Shown: positions 1-11,690, counted from the stretch's first letter. The stretch is 64,000 nt of DNA from Thecamonas trahens ATCC 50062 (GCF_000142905.1 NW_013657652.1:124001-188000), one strand, 5' to 3'. Numbers and translations are program-made. Notes: generated from the letters alone by a model not told the origin.

Positions 1-3
1 CGG

Positions 4-11
4 CACACACA

Positions 12-61
<50 letters not shown>

Positions 62-72
62 CACACACACAC
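4..72. repeat. (CA)n microsatellite
   Basis: Near-perfect CA dinucleotide run at the window start. Confidence 0.95.
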
Positions 73-587
73 GCGACAAGGATGTAGTGGAAGAGAAGGT
101 CATGGGGTACATACACATGTCGTCATCGTCGTCGTCTCCAAACAAACTAGACTTGGGCTCGTCAAACAGCGACGCCGCCATCTCACCCTCTCTCTCTCCC
201 TCCCCTAGACTCGGGCAGGAGAGACAGTGGCGTGTGAGCGGGTTGCGCTGGCGGTGTGGCTGGCTCAAAGGCTGCGCTGCTGGCTCGTTGGCCCGCCACA
301 AAAAAATTGTGTGCTGCTTGTCGAATTACGATTGTTGATTGGTGCTGGTTTGTTGGTGGGCAGCACGAGACGAAAATTGCTGTGAGCAGCAAAGGAGAGG
401 CACGGACAGACATTTTGCGGCAAGAGCACTCTGAACAAGGGCTTCGCCGCGAGTATTCGCTTCTCTCACATTGTGACATAGAGTATGTGTATGGAGGGGG
501 TGCCACGTCTGAAGGGCATGGGTCATTGCGTGGGGAGGGAGAGGAAGTGCGCTGACTCACGTGTGTGGTTGACCCGTTGCAGAGACC

Positions 588-3500
588 ATGCTCCGTCCCA
601 CGCTTTTCGCGGCCTTGGCTTGTCTGCTTATGCTGACGCTAGCCGCGCGTGCTGCCATGGCAGCAACTATTTCCGTTTCGACCACTTCGCAACTGACCAA
701 CGCCATCAACTCGGTCTCCCCCGGAGACACTATCGAGTTGGCGGCTGGTGCCTCGTTCAACTACGCTGGAGTGACTCGGCTGACATGTGACGTCGATGGT
801 ACGGCCTCCAACCCTATCACCGTCCGTGGCCTGCCTGGCTCGACCATGACCTGGACCCACTCCTCCAACTACGTCGAGGGTTTTGTGGTTACTGGCAAGC
901 ATTGGATTTTCGAGGACCTCGACATCACCGGCACCTGCTCCAACCACAACTACTGCGAGCACGCGTTCCACGTCCAGGGCGACGCTGACTTTTTCGTCAT
1001 GCGCCGCTGCGTCATCCGCGACTTTAACGCCCAGATCAAGTCGAACATCGGGGGTGGCCAGTTCCCTGACGATTGTCTCCTCGAGCACAACGAGTTCTAC
1101 AACACCGGCGGGCGCCGGACCTCAGCGCCGGTCACCCCGGCCAACATCGATGGTGGCGAGCGGTGGATTGTCCGCAACAACTACTTCCACGATGCGTGGA
1201 AGGACGGCGGCAACACCATCTCGTACCAGACGTTCATGAAGTCCAACGGCGCCGACGGCATCTACGAGGGCAACCTCATCGCCTGCTCGGTCCTCCACTC
1301 GGGCGGCGTGCGCATCGGTATTTCGTTTGGCGGCGGCGGCACGTCGCCAGACTCGGTGTGCGGGCAGGGGACATGCAACCCGGAGCACCGCCGCGGCATC
1401 ATGCGCAACAACGTGATCATCAACTGCGCCGCCATCGGCATCTACCTCAACGAGGCGCGCGACACCAAGATCTACAACAACATCCTGTACAACACCGACG
1501 GCATCGACGTGCGGTTCGCAACCTCGACCGCCGACATCCGCAACAACATCATCGCCGGCGGCGACATCTCTGACCGCGACGGCGGCTCGTCGACCAGTGG
1601 CTCCAACTGGCTCACCAGCACTGCCGTGGCTGCCTCTGCCTTTGTCGATGCCGCAGGCGGCGACTTCCGTCTCTCCGGCGACTCGTCGCAGCGGTCGAAC
1701 TTTATCAACGCTGGCGTTTCGCTGTCGCAGGTCACCAACGACTTTTGCCGGCGCTCCCGGAGCTCGCCGCACGACATCGGCGCGGTCGACTACTCGCAGG
1801 GCTCGTGTGACACTTCGGATCCGCTGGCAGTCGGCGGCGGGACGCCATCTCCGACCCCCGCCCCGACCCCGACCCCGGCCCCGACCCCGACCCCGGCCCC
1901 GACCCCGGGACCAGTCATGTGCTCCGGTACCTCCGTCATCAACTCGGGCACATCGGGCACCATCTCGATGCCGACGCCGTTCTCGACCACCTACTACTAC
2001 GGCAACAACCGTGACTGCACCTGGGACTTCCAGTTTCCGGCTGGGGCCACGATCTCGTTCACCGCCACCGAGTTCAACACCGAAGCCAACTACGACTTCC
2101 TGACCCTCTCCACCGGCCAGCAGTACTCGGGCACTTCGATCCCGACCATTGCCTCGATCCCTGGCAACGGCAACATCCGGTTCACCTCGGATGGCTCCAC
2201 CAGCGGCAACGGCTTTGTCCTCGACTGGTCGCTGACGCCTGCACCCACCCCGGCCCCGACCCCGGCCCCAACCCCGGCCCCGACTCCGGCCCCGACTCCG
2301 GCCCCGACCCCGGCCCCGACTCCGGCTCCCACCCCGGCTCCAACTCCGGCTCCCACCCCCACCCCAGGCACTCCCTGCTCCGGTACGGTCTTGCTCTCGG
2401 GTACCTCGGGCCGGATCTCGATCCCCGACCCATACGACCCAGCCGGCACCTACGGCCACAACCTCGACTGTCGCTGGACGTGGACCCACCCGCTCTCGGC
2501 GCAGGTCTCGTTCAACGTCATTCACTTCAACACTGAGCCCGATTACGACTGGGTCTACCTCACGGACTCGGCGCCGTCGTCGTGGCAGTACACCGGCTCG
2601 CCCACAACCCTGCCGACAATCGGCGGCGACGGCACCTTCCGCTTTGTGAGCGATGGCAACACCGCCGAGGCTGGCGTCGTCGTTGACTGGACTGTGACCG
2701 GCGCCACCCCGGCGCCAACTCCTGCCCCGACCCCGGCTCCCACTCCGAGCCCGGGACCGGTCATGTGCTCCGGTACCACTGTCATCAACTCGGGCACATC
2801 GGGCACCATCTCGATGCCGACGCCGTTCTCGACCACCTACTACTACGGCAACAACCGTGACTGCACCTGGGACTTCCAGTTTCCGGCTGGGGCCACGATC
2901 TCGTTCACCGCCACCGAGTTCAACACCGAAGCCAACTACGACTTCCTGACCCTCTCCACCGGCCAGCAGTACTCGGGCACTTCGATCCCGACCATTGCCT
3001 CGATCCCTGGCAACGGCAACATCCGGTTCACCTCGGATGGCTCCACCAGCGGCAACGGCTTTGTTCTCAACTGGTCGGTTTCGTCATCGCCGTCCACCCC
3101 GGCCCCGACACCGACTCCAGCTCCGACACCGACCCCGGCACCAGGCCCTGGCCCCGCCCCGCCCCCGGTCACCGTCACCGTGAGCTCTGCGTCTGCGCTC
3201 ACCAACGCCATCGCCAACGCCTCGCCGGGCGACGTCATCGGCATCTCGGGCTCGATCACCTTCAACTCGCTTCGTCGCATCTCGTGCTCGCGCTCGGGCA
3301 CGTCGTCGAACCCGATCACCGTCCGCGGCCTCCCTGGCCACAAGCTCTACTTTTCGCATTCGTCCAACTACGTCGAGGGTTTTGTGGTCACCGCCAAGCA
3401 CTGGATTTTCGAGGACCTCGACATCACCGGCACCTGCTCCAACCACAACTACTGCGAGCACGCGTTCCACGTCCAGGGCGACGCTGACTTTTTCGTCATG

Positions 3501-4835
3501 CGCCGCTGCGTCATCCGCGACTTTAACGCCCAGATCAAGTCGAACATCGGGAGTGGCCAGTTCCCTGACGATTGTCTCCTCGAGCACAACGAGTTCTACA
3601 ACACTGGCGGGCGCCGGACCTCAGCGCCGGTCACCCCGGCCAACATCGATGGTGGCGAGCGGTGGATTGTCCGCAACAACTACTTCCACGATGCGTGGAA
3701 GGACGGCGGCAACACCATCTCGTACCAGACGTTCATGAAGTCCAACGGCGCCGACGGCATCTACGAGGGCAACCTCATCGCCTGCTCGGTCCTCCACTCG
3801 GGCGGCGTGCGCATCGGTATTTCGTTTGGCGGCGGCGGCACGTCGCCAGACTCGGTGTGCGGGCAGGGGACATGCAACCCGGAGCACCGCCGCGGCATCA
3901 TGCGCAACAACGTGATCATCAACTGCGCCGCCATCGGCATCTACCTCAACGAGGCGCGCGACACCAAGATCTACAACAACATCCTGTACAACACCGACGG
4001 CATCGACGTGCGGTTCGACACCTCGACCGCCGACATCCGCAACAACATCATCGCCGGCGGCGACATCTCTGACCGCAACGGCGGCTCGTCGACCAGTGGC
4101 TCCAACTGGCTCACCACCGTTGCTGCCGCCCGCAGTGCCTTTGTTGATCCTGACAGCGGCGACTTCCGTCTCTCTGGCGACTCGTCGCAGCGGTCGAACT
4201 TTATCAATGCTGGCGTTTCGCTGTCGCAGGTCACCAACGACTTTTGCCGGCGCTCCCGGAGCTCGCCGCACGACATCGGCGCGGTCGACTACTCGCAGGG
4301 TGCGTGCGACACGTCGAACCCGCTGGCGGTAACAGGCCCGACTGGTGGTGCCGGCGCGCAACAGGGTGCGTCGGTCCAGTCCAAGTCGACACCGGTCATG
4401 TCGCCGACCGCTACGTATGTGACGGTTGCCGGGTCGGGCTTTGCGCTCATTGCGGTGGCCGTCATCGCCCTGGCCGTGCTTGTCCGATCCCGCCGCCGCC
4501 GCGCTCGTGCTGCCGCCGCCCGCGACTCAGACGCTGCCGCTCTGGAACTCGTGGCGTGGGGTATCGCGCCGACTGACGCGATGCCAGAGTCGGAGGGCAA
4601 GGCCCCGACGCTCCCGCCGCCGGCCGCCCCGTCGCTGCCTCCGCCGCCGGCGCCGGCCACGGTCGCCACCCATCGCACCCTTCTCTACGCCTTTGCCGGA
4701 ACCGCCGCAGACGAGCTCGCCTGTGCAGCCGGCGATCAGGTCGAGGTGCTCGAGGAGTTTGACGACGGGTGGTGCAGTGCCCGCAACATTGCCACCGGTG
4801 CTACCGGCGCTCTTCCGCTCAACTACCTCCAGTAG
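588..4835 (+). CDS. Type I membrane protein: signal peptide, two parallel beta-helix (pectin-lyase-like) domains, three CUB domains, PT/PA linkers, TM helix, cytoplasmic Pro-rich segment and C-terminal SH3
   Basis: Hydrophobic N-terminus [22 protein letters not shown]; beta-helix starts '[13 protein letters not shown]' with N-rich coils; CUB motifs 'YGNNRDCTW...FNTE..YDFL...FTSDGS...GF'; TM '[15 protein letters not shown]' followed by RSRRRR; SH3 'LYAFAG...DEL...GD.VEVLEE.DDGW...GALPLNYL'. A probable 5'UTR intron ends at AG 581-582. Confidence 0.9.
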   Translation: MLRPTLFAALACLLMLTLAARAAMAATISVSTTSQLTNAINSVSPGDTIELAAGASFNYAGVTRLTCDVDGTASNPITVRGLPGSTMTWTHSSNYVEGFVVTGKHWIFEDLDITGTCSNHNYCEHAFHVQGDADFFVMRRCVIRDFNAQIKSNIGGGQFPDDCLLEHNEFYNTGGRRTSAPVTPANIDGGERWIVRNNYFHDAWKDGGNTISYQTFMKSNGADGIYEGNLIACSVLHSGGVRIGISFGGGGTSPDSVCGQGTCNPEHRRGIMRNNVIINCAAIGIYLNEARDTKIYNNILYNTDGIDVRFATSTADIRNNIIAGGDISDRDGGSSTSGSNWLTSTAVAASAFVDAAGGDFRLSGDSSQRSNFINAGVSLSQVTNDFCRRSRSSPHDIGAVDYSQGSCDTSDPLAVGGGTPSPTPAPTPTPAPTPTPAPTPGPVMCSGTSVINSGTSGTISMPTPFSTTYYYGNNRDCTWDFQFPAGATISFTATEFNTEANYDFLTLSTGQQYSGTSIPTIASIPGNGNIRFTSDGSTSGNGFVLDWSLTPAPTPAPTPAPTPAPTPAPTPAPTPAPTPAPTPAPTPAPTPTPGTPCSGTVLLSGTSGRISIPDPYDPAGTYGHNLDCRWTWTHPLSAQVSFNVIHFNTEPDYDWVYLTDSAPSSWQYTGSPTTLPTIGGDGTFRFVSDGNTAEAGVVVDWTVTGATPAPTPAPTPAPTPSPGPVMCSGTTVINSGTSGTISMPTPFSTTYYYGNNRDCTWDFQFPAGATISFTATEFNTEANYDFLTLSTGQQYSGTSIPTIASIPGNGNIRFTSDGSTSGNGFVLNWSVSSSPSTPAPTPTPAPTPTPAPGPGPAPPPVTVTVSSASALTNAIANASPGDVIGISGSITFNSLRRISCSRSGTSSNPITVRGLPGHKLYFSHSSNYVEGFVVTAKHWIFEDLDITGTCSNHNYCEHAFHVQGDADFFVMRRCVIRDFNAQIKSNIGSGQFPDDCLLEHNEFYNTGGRRTSAPVTPANIDGGERWIVRNNYFHDAWKDGGNTISYQTFMKSNGADGIYEGNLIACSVLHSGGVRIGISFGGGGTSPDSVCGQGTCNPEHRRGIMRNNVIINCAAIGIYLNEARDTKIYNNILYNTDGIDVRFDTSTADIRNNIIAGGDISDRNGGSSTSGSNWLTTVAAARSAFVDPDSGDFRLSGDSSQRSNFINAGVSLSQVTNDFCRRSRSSPHDIGAVDYSQGACDTSNPLAVTGPTGGAGAQQGASVQSKSTPVMSPTATYVTVAGSGFALIAVAVIALAVLVRSRRRRARAAAARDSDAAALELVAWGIAPTDAMPESEGKAPTLPPPAAPSLPPPPAPATVATHRTLLYAFAGTAADELACAAGDQVEVLEEFDDGWCSARNIATGATGALPLNYLQ
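864..4300 (+). repeat. Intragenic near-identical duplications: beta-helix 864-1801 vs 3363-4300 (offset 2499); CUB 1914-2230 vs 2760-3076 (offset 846)
   Basis: Direct reading shows near nucleotide identity, including synonymous sites; one diverged patch lies near 1618-1656 / 4117-4155. Confidence 0.95.
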
Positions 4836-4909
4836 ACCGGAGAGAAGTAAAGTTCTCAGTTTTGTGCTTATTGCAGTCGCACGGCACCTCATCACGCACA
4901 CGCTTCTGT

Positions 4910-6859
4910 CTACCGCTGCTCAGCTAGCAGCGCTTCGATCCGGTCCTCGGCGTCGATCCAGTCAGCCTCGGCGGCAGCGGCCCTGGCCTCCAGCGCCTCG
5001 TTCTCTTCCAGCAGGAGCGCCATATCGTCCTCGAGCGCCGATATTTTGGCGTCTTTCTCACCAACCTCGGCCTGAAGCGCAGCAACCGACTTGCGGAGCG
5101 AATCGAGCTCGGCCTGGGCGTTGGCGTCGAGCGATGACTGCGCCTCCTGTGCGGCCTTGAGTGCAGCCTTGACTCGTGAGAGCTCCTTCTTGAGCTTGCC
5201 AAGCTGTCGATCCTTCTCGGCGAGCATGTTCGCCTGATTCTTCTGGAGCGTGGCAAGCCGTGTCGTCGCCTTCTCCACCAGTGCCTCCAGTCGCTGGACT
5301 TCGGCCTCGGACTGCGATGAGGCGCGCACGTCATCAAGCTCGCGCTCGAGTCGAGCAACCGCCTCGGTCTTTGCCGCCACTTGCTCCATTATCTTTGCCT
5401 GCGCCGCCAGCGCTTGCGCCAGCGCATCGTTCTTGGACGCCAGCTGCTCGTTGAGCGACTCGACCTTGGCGGTCAGGCTCGCCATTGTGGTCTCCATCTG
5501 CCGGCCCTCATCTGACGAGAGCCGCGCCTCGTGCTTGAACGCCTTGTTTGCCGCGTCGTACTTGGCCTTCCACTGCGCAGCTTCGGCAGATGCCGTCGCC
5601 GCCGCCTGCTCCGCCGCCTGTGCCCGCTCAACTGCAGTCTGGTAGTCGCGCGAGGCAAGACCTTGTGACGGCTCGCGACGGAGGTCGGGGCTTGACGCCA
5701 TCCCGCGCGGAGTGCCTGGTGCAGGCGTTCGCTGCTCGAGCTGAAGTTGCAGCCGCGCGTTGGCACCCTCCAGGCTGGCTACCTGCTCTTTGAGCCGCTC
5801 CACCAGCTCGACCGTCTCTAGCCGCTCCTCACCGGTCCCCTGGAGGTCCGAATACTTGACAGCCGCGAGCTCGAGAACCACCGCCTCGCGCGCCTTACGC
5901 TCGCTCTCGAGTTCGTCCAGTAGCCGTGCTGTGAGCGCGTCGGCGGCAGCCTCGCGCTTCAGCTCAGCGCTGATCGACGAGGAGAGCCGCGCGAGCGCCG
6001 TGCCTTCGGTTCGCTTCACCTGCGCCTGCAGCCGCGTCACCTCGTCAGTGAGTAGAGCCTCTGCCTCCCGCGACGCTGCCAGTTCCTCCGACAGTGCATC
6101 CGTCCGCGCGTGAGCCGCTGCGAGCGACGCCTCCAGGTCCGTCATCGAAAGGCCCTGTGCGTTGAGCTGGAGCTTGCGCTGTGATGCCGCAGCCTCGGCG
6201 GCGGCCTGCGAGCCCTGCGCCTGTGCAGCCTCCACCGTCGCCTCGACCCGCAAGTCCTCAATTAGCACACGCGCATCCGCAAGCTCAGAAGTGAGCGCCG
6301 CAATCTGTGCCTTCGCCTGGACCTCCCTGGTCGACGACGTCGACGCAAACGAGTCGTCCAAAGGAGTGACAAGGGCGCGCAGGCCTTGGACCTCGACCTC
6401 CATGGCCGCGATCATCGACTCTGCGCGCGCCCGATACGCTGCGTCGCGGTTGCGTGCCGTCTGGAGCGCCAGCTCGGCCGCATGTCGCTGCTCCTCCAGC
6501 GACGCCACCAACGCCCGCAGCTCCTCGGTCTCGCGTGCGACGTGGGCTCTCGCCCGGGCCGTTGCCTCGCCAACCGCGATCCGCTCCGACCGCAGTTGCG
6601 CCTGCAACTCGCGAATGGAGGCCTTGGCCTCGGCCAGCGCTGCCTCCAGTCCTACTCTCCGCACGCTCTCCGACGCCGCCTTGGACGCCGCTTCGGACGA
6701 CGCCGTTTCCAGTTGCGAGGCCAGCTGCGAGAGGAGCAACGGCCGCATGGCCGTCGACCGCGACAGAGCCGTCTCGGCCAGGACCTCGGCGGCAGCCGCC
6801 ACCTGCGAGTGGTACACAGGGCCTCGCAACGGTGACAAGCTCAGCTTGCCCCCTGACAT
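4910..6859 (-). CDS. Long coiled-coil protein of unknown function
   Basis: 649-aa ORF with A/E/L/K-rich heptad pattern, GC3-rich codons and an ATG start. Confidence 0.75.
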   Translation of the reverse strand: MSGGKLSLSPLRGPVYHSQVAAAAEVLAETALSRSTAMRPLLLSQLASQLETASSEAASKAASESVRRVGLEAALAEAKASIRELQAQLRSERIAVGEATARARAHVARETEELRALVASLEEQRHAAELALQTARNRDAAYRARAESMIAAMEVEVQGLRALVTPLDDSFASTSSTREVQAKAQIAALTSELADARVLIEDLRVEATVEAAQAQGSQAAAEAAASQRKLQLNAQGLSMTDLEASLAAAHARTDALSEELAASREAEALLTDEVTRLQAQVKRTEGTALARLSSSISAELKREAAADALTARLLDELESERKAREAVVLELAAVKYSDLQGTGEERLETVELVERLKEQVASLEGANARLQLQLEQRTPAPGTPRGMASSPDLRREPSQGLASRDYQTAVERAQAAEQAAATASAEAAQWKAKYDAANKAFKHEARLSSDEGRQMETTMASLTAKVESLNEQLASKNDALAQALAAQAKIMEQVAAKTEAVARLERELDDVRASSQSEAEVQRLEALVEKATTRLATLQKNQANMLAEKDRQLGKLKKELSRVKAALKAAQEAQSSLDANAQAELDSLRKSVAALQAEVGEKDAKISALEDDMALLLEENEALEARAAAAEADWIDAEDRIEALLAEQR

Positions 6860-6973
6860 GTCCTAAGGAAGATGGGTGTCTCTCTCCCTCTCGCATTGCC
6901 ATCCGAAAGCCAATGAGCAGCCGAACACGGTCATCACGCAAACCACCCATTCACTCGGATTGACAGCGCATGT

Positions 6974-6975
6974 GG

Positions 6976-7010
<35 letters not shown>
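6974..7010. repeat. Poly-G tract (~35 nt), G-quadruplex-capable
   Basis: Almost pure G run between two minus-strand genes. Confidence 0.9.
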
Positions 7011-7097
7011 CGACAGGGGGATACATGAGTGAATGGGGTGCTTTGCGTAATGACCCTTGGCTGCCGATTGACTCGACCCAGGCGCCGATCGGTTGCG

Positions 7098-8864
7098 TCA
7101 CACCATCGGCGCCGACGACCGCCGCTCGCGGGCACCTACCCGGCGGCGGTCTCGGCATGGCACCACATCGCCCGAGCCCGAGCCGCCCGAGAGTCCGGAT
7201 AGCCGCTCCTTGCTACCGCGGCTGCCGCGTCCCGTACCCTGCACCCAAACGACAACGCATGCCACCCCAAGCAGGGCACAGCCTCCGGCCATGACTGCCA
7301 CTGCCCGATTACTCGATGCAGAAGTCCAGAGCGCGGCGGCGGGGCCCGGCGGGCAGCGAAGCCCGCGGTGAAGCACGATGGCGTCGACGACAGCCCCACT
7401 TTCCGAGTCAACAAACTCAAAGGCCGCGGTTCCATTGGTGTAGAGTGCGAGCCGGCCATAGCCAAAAGTGGTGCCCGAGTGAGCCACCGACCATGCCGGC
7501 ATTGGATCTGCCCAGCCCTGCCGGGTCTCGAGGCCGCCGACGCCGAGTCGGACATGGATCGGAGCCTTGCGCCAGGACTGAACCTTGCCGCGCATCACCG
7601 GGTGTGTCCGCTCGTACGAGTGATCGTGGCCTTGAAAGACAAAGTCGACCGTGCCAGGGAATGGCTCGAGCAAATCCTCGAGCGCCTTACGGAGCTTCAA
7701 GTCCGAGCCCTTGTGCAGCGACGCCGAGTACGCCGAGCGGTGAATGAGGACGAGAGTAAAGGCTCCGTGGCGCGGGCCGCGTGCAGCCTCTTCTGCGAGC
7801 GCCTGCAGGGCGAAACTGCCCTGCGCCGAGTCGGGCCCGAGGTCCTCGTCCGAGTTGAGCGCAATGAGCGTGACCAGCGGCGAGAGGGCGACCTTGTACC
7901 AGGTCACCAGCTCACGATTGTGGCGGATGGCATCACGAAGTGCGACCCGCCGTGGATCGCTCGGGTTGAAAAACCGCGAGAGGTACGGGATAAAGTGATA
8001 GTCAAAGCCAGACTTGCCGTCGTGGGATCCGGCCTCGTGGTTGCCTGGGATGGCAAGCATCGGGACTTGCCGCGCCAATGGCTCGATCATGCGGAAGAAC
8101 CTGTCCCAGTACTCTTGCTTCAGCTCGCCGTACTCTTTGCGCGCTACGCTCCACGGCACGTTGTCGGTCGTGTCCGCGTAGCCAAAGTCGCCGAGGTGGA
8201 GGACGAGGTCGAGCGACGGCCCGGACGCCGCCATCGCCGCCACCGTTGTGTGCGCGGCGTCCGAGACCGATGTATCCGCCACGAGACCGATCACCATTTT
8301 GCCAACACTAGCAGGAGGCGCGATGCTCCGCCGGCGCGGATACCGGCACGCGCCGTGAGCCCACGATGCGTAGGCCGCGACCTGGGCGTCGAGCCTGCCA
8401 CGGGCATAGATCGGGACTCCGAGCACGGTCCGAGTCCGCTCGTCCCACACCAGCTCTCCTGTGGCATGCCGCAAGCCCAGCACATATTCGACAGCCTGCA
8501 AATGTGCAAACGGGCCCATGTCGACCATTACCTCGAACATCCACTTGTTGAACCCGCCCTTGCGATACGTATGCCGCCTTGCCACCGCCAGCCGCGCGCC
8601 GCCCTCGCCATCTGCAGCATCTGCAATGTGGACGACGCCTTCGGCAGCTTCCGGCACTCTTCCCTTCGCCACCTCTACCCATGTCCACGCAATACCGGCC
8701 CCATCAGCTGTCGGCGCCACATGGACCTGATCAAACCACACTTTGTCACCGCCAAACGCACTGCCGCCGCCACTGCCACCGCCACCGCCTTGATCCGCGC
8801 GCGTGCATGCGAGCAACACAACCGCGACTAAGAGCAAAGTACTACGCCAGTGAGATAACCTCAT
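7098..8864 (-). CDS. Purple acid phosphatase-family metallophosphoesterase with signal peptide and C-terminal TM anchor
   Basis: Metal-ligand motifs ADTS, GDFGY, GNHE, VLIH, GHDH; C-terminal 'APIHVRLGVGG...WS...FGYGRL'; N-terminal hydrophobic signal; TM 'AVMAGGCALLGVACVVVWV'. Confidence 0.88.
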   Translation of the reverse strand: MRLSHWRSTLLLVAVVLLACTRADQGGGGGSGGGSAFGGDKVWFDQVHVAPTADGAGIAWTWVEVAKGRVPEAAEGVVHIADAADGEGGARLAVARRHTYRKGGFNKWMFEVMVDMGPFAHLQAVEYVLGLRHATGELVWDERTRTVLGVPIYARGRLDAQVAAYASWAHGACRYPRRRSIAPPASVGKMVIGLVADTSVSDAAHTTVAAMAASGPSLDLVLHLGDFGYADTTDNVPWSVARKEYGELKQEYWDRFFRMIEPLARQVPMLAIPGNHEAGSHDGKSGFDYHFIPYLSRFFNPSDPRRVALRDAIRHNRELVTWYKVALSPLVTLIALNSDEDLGPDSAQGSFALQALAEEAARGPRHGAFTLVLIHRSAYSASLHKGSDLKLRKALEDLLEPFPGTVDFVFQGHDHSYERTHPVMRGKVQSWRKAPIHVRLGVGGLETRQGWADPMPAWSVAHSGTTFGYGRLALYTNGTAAFEFVDSESGAVVDAIVLHRGLRCPPGPAAALWTSASSNRAVAVMAGGCALLGVACVVVWVQGTGRGSRGSKERLSGLSGGSGSGDVVPCRDRRRVGARERRSSAPMV

Positions 8865-9678
8865 GGTTCAAGATAAGGTTCAAGGTAAGCAGGTGTAGTG
8901 GCACGGCGCCAAGAGAAACAGCGAGTGTAGTGTGGCCATGAGAGCGGCAGAGTGTCCACTGTGCCTCCATTGGCAGCGGCATCAGCAGACATTCCGACAA
9001 CGATCGACAAGCAGATATCAACAGAGAGAGCGTGTGTGTGTGTGCGTTGATTCCCAAAGAATGGAGAGCAATGTCATGAGGCTGTGAATGGGAGCGATTA
9101 GCATGGTGGAATGAGGTGCCGCGTGCGTAGGGTCGGCGATTGGTGGCGGCTTGGCTAGCGTGTGCCCGCTCATGCCGGCACTTGTTCCTGACCGACAAGT
9201 CGTCACCCACACACACACCCAGCCACACATCCACGCACCACGCACACACACAGACATACACCCCTCTCACCCACCCTACATCAACTACATTGGCGGGGGC
9301 GGAGGTATGACCTCGGTGCAAGGGCCGGGGCGGGGGTGCTGGTCGGAGGCGGTGGCGGGCGACAACAATGTCCATGGCTGTGAGAGACAGGCCAACAAGG
9401 ACGGCAAGCAAGACGACGATGCGGTGGTAGTGCTCGAGGTGGTGGCCGATGGCGTGGGAGAGGAGGTAGAGCTGGCAGCGCTGGATGGGAAAGGCGAGGA
9501 GGGAAAGGCTGGCGAACAACGCGGATGCAGATGCCGGCGGCGTGGCTTGGAGCGGCGACGGCGGCGATGGCGGACGCGTCGCGGCGTAGGGGAGCGCATG
9601 CTGCGGCGAGTGGCACGGGCCGAGTGGCGGAGGGCCTGCGGTGGTGGAAGTGGCGATATACTTGACTCGATAGGAGCC

Positions 9679-10041
9679 ATGGCAGCATCCAAATCGGAGA
9701 CGAACCAGGTGTTGCTGAACGAGATGGCGAAGCAGATCAAGGACTTGGAGAATGCCATTGCGAAGCAGGCGACGGAGGCTGCGGACACCATTCGCGAGCT
9801 GAAGAGCACCATTGCGAAGCAGGCGACGGAGGCTGCGGACACCATTCGCGAGCGGGAGCGTACCATTCGCGAGCTGAGGATGCAACTTGCTAGCGCGGGC
9901 ATCACGCCCGTGACGATGGCCACCAACGACACCAGCAGCTCGCAGAAGCGGACGACCTCGGAGGGCAGCAGCACGAGCTCTGAAGGGAGTAGTGCGATCC
10001 CTATGTCCGAGAGCTCGTCTGGTGCGTGTGACCGTGAGTAG
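9679..10041 (+). CDS. Short coiled-coil protein or terminal exon with an 18-aa tandem repeat (IAKQATEAADTIRE x2); 5' extent uncertain
   Basis: C-terminal part of the 9151-10041 ORF; 54-bp in-frame duplication at ~9755-9855. Confidence 0.45.
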   Translation: MAASKSETNQVLLNEMAKQIKDLENAIAKQATEAADTIRELKSTIAKQATEAADTIRERERTIRELRMQLASAGITPVTMATNDTSSSQKRTTSEGSSTSSEGSSAIPMSESSSGACDRE

Positions 10042-10286
10042 GGCATGGCTGGCTTGATCAACCTGTGTGATCGTTATCCGACGCACGCGCGCTCGGAAGG
10101 AGAGGCAGACTGCGGCACCGAATGAGCACATCGGAGAGGGATAGGCACGAGGTGGGGGGCAGTGCCATGTGGATAGCACCATGCCTTGCCAGGCACTGTT
10201 GTACCGTACACGCATGGAGTTCTTTCTCCGCGTTGCGCCAACACCAGGAAAAGGTCGTGAAATGCTGTTTTGGTGGCTCAAGCCAC

Positions 10287-10390
10287 AGCCTCCCCCATCG
10301 AACACCACCACCAGCCCCTCCCCCATCCATCACCACCACCAGCCCCTCCCCCATTGAACACCACCACCAGCCCCTCCCCCATCCATCACC
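10287..10390. repeat. Imperfect ~55-bp tandem duplication (C/A-rich)
   Basis: 'ctcccccat(c/t)gaacaccaccaccagcccctccccc(c)atccatcacc' occurs twice. Confidence 0.8.
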
Positions 10391-10523
10391 GTGATGGTTG
10401 CACCACCAGCTCAACCCGTCGACTGTCCTGCTTCACTCGAACAGTCACGGCAGCACTCCACCCCACACAACACACACACATACACACACACAAACACACA
10501 CACACAAACACGCAGCTACATCC

Positions 10524-11690
10524 ATGGATTCTGCGGTGGCACAACATGTGGTCGGCCTCCGCATCGATGTCGACGCTACGACACCGGCGACGCCTCCGCC
10601 GCGACTTGGCCGCCGAACAGGAAACAACCAACGGACAGCAAGCAGCGAGAGGCAGGGCGCAAGACAAGACAGGCAAGCCGATGCGCCCACTCTTGGTCAG
10701 CACCATGCCGATGACATGACACCGAGTCCGCAACAGAGGTTGTGGGGAAAGACTAAGCAGACCTTTTCTTTGCCTATTGCGTCGCCACTCGCTTCGCTGC
10801 CGGCCAGCAAGCCGACCACGCCGACGCCGACCACGCCGACCACGCCGACGCCGACCACGCCGACCACGCCAGCCACGCCGTCTTCGTCGATGTCGGCCAT
10901 GTCGCGAGCGTGTTCGGGCCTGCGGCGGTCACCGTCGCGAACGGCGCCGCGGACTACCCTCGGATCGTTGCGGCGGGCGCAGACGGCGTCAGAGGCCGAG
11001 CTACGCCCGGTGGTCTGGGGCGAGACCCCCGGGTCTCCGCTAGCTTCGCGGCTAGCACCCTCGCCGCGCGCCTCGGCCTTGCCTGTTCGCAAGTCTGACG
11101 ATCGCTGCGACCACTCGCCAGCTCGCCCACCGCGGCTTTCGGCCTCGCCGATGCCGGCCTGGGTCCGCAACGGCGTCTCGCCGCTCAAGCAAGCCGCCAT
11201 GGAGCTGCTGGGCGAGCAGGCTGAGATGCTCGCCGCCGCCGACGAGCGGCTGCACACGCTCCGCGCCGCATATCAGGCCGAAAAGGACGACGTGCTCGAC
11301 GTGGCCCATCTTCTTGACACCCATCCACCCCGCTCTGCCGCCGCCTTTGGCTCCGGCTCGCCAGCCTCGCTCTCAATCGAAGCTCTGAGTTGCGACTCAA
11401 GGCTACAGGCCGCCCTGGTTGCGTCGCCCGTGGAGGGCATGGACGCTGCCAGTGGCACGCCGCACGCCCACCGACTGCGTCGTGAGCTTCCAGCCTCACT
11501 TGCTTCGCCGCGATCGCCGCTTGGACTCTCGTCACGCTGCTCATCGTGGTGTCTCGGCGTAGCCCCGCGCCTCCCGCCCCCGCCGACTCGGTCGCCCGTC
11601 GCCGACCTGCTGGCCAATGCCGCCGCCGATCGCGAGCACACCGAAAACCGGCTCATCTACCTCAAGCGTCGCGAGATGCACGGCCGTTAG
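10524..11690 (+). CDS. Low-complexity Ser/Pro/Thr-rich protein with a short coiled-coil
   Basis: ATG follows a CA-rich leader; PTT repeats at 10813-10880; many SP sites; helix 'LKQAAMELLGEQAEMLAAADERL'. No recognisable family. Confidence 0.55.
   Translation: MDSAVAQHVVGLRIDVDATTPATPPPRLGRRTGNNQRTASSERQGARQDRQADAPTLGQHHADDMTPSPQQRLWGKTKQTFSLPIASPLASLPASKPTTPTPTTPTTPTPTTPTTPATPSSSMSAMSRACSGLRRSPSRTAPRTTLGSLRRAQTASEAELRPVVWGETPGSPLASRLAPSPRASALPVRKSDDRCDHSPARPPRLSASPMPAWVRNGVSPLKQAAMELLGEQAEMLAAADERLHTLRAAYQAEKDDVLDVAHLLDTHPPRSAAAFGSGSPASLSIEALSCDSRLQAALVASPVEGMDAASGTPHAHRLRRELPASLASPRSPLGLSSRCSSWCLGVAPRLPPPPTRSPVADLLANAAADREHTENRLIYLKRREMHGR

Noticed and set aside
7368-8831. Long antisense/alternative-frame ORFs (this one, 12830-14098, 15088-16440, 18342-19832, 25700-27436, 48434-49705 and others)
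   Set aside because: Shadow ORFs expected from high GC3 opposite or within clearly identifiable genes; no motifs.
9670-9681. Shine-Dalgarno-like TAGGAG before ATG 9679
   Set aside because: Eukaryotic context; equally explained as a TAG splice acceptor or chance.
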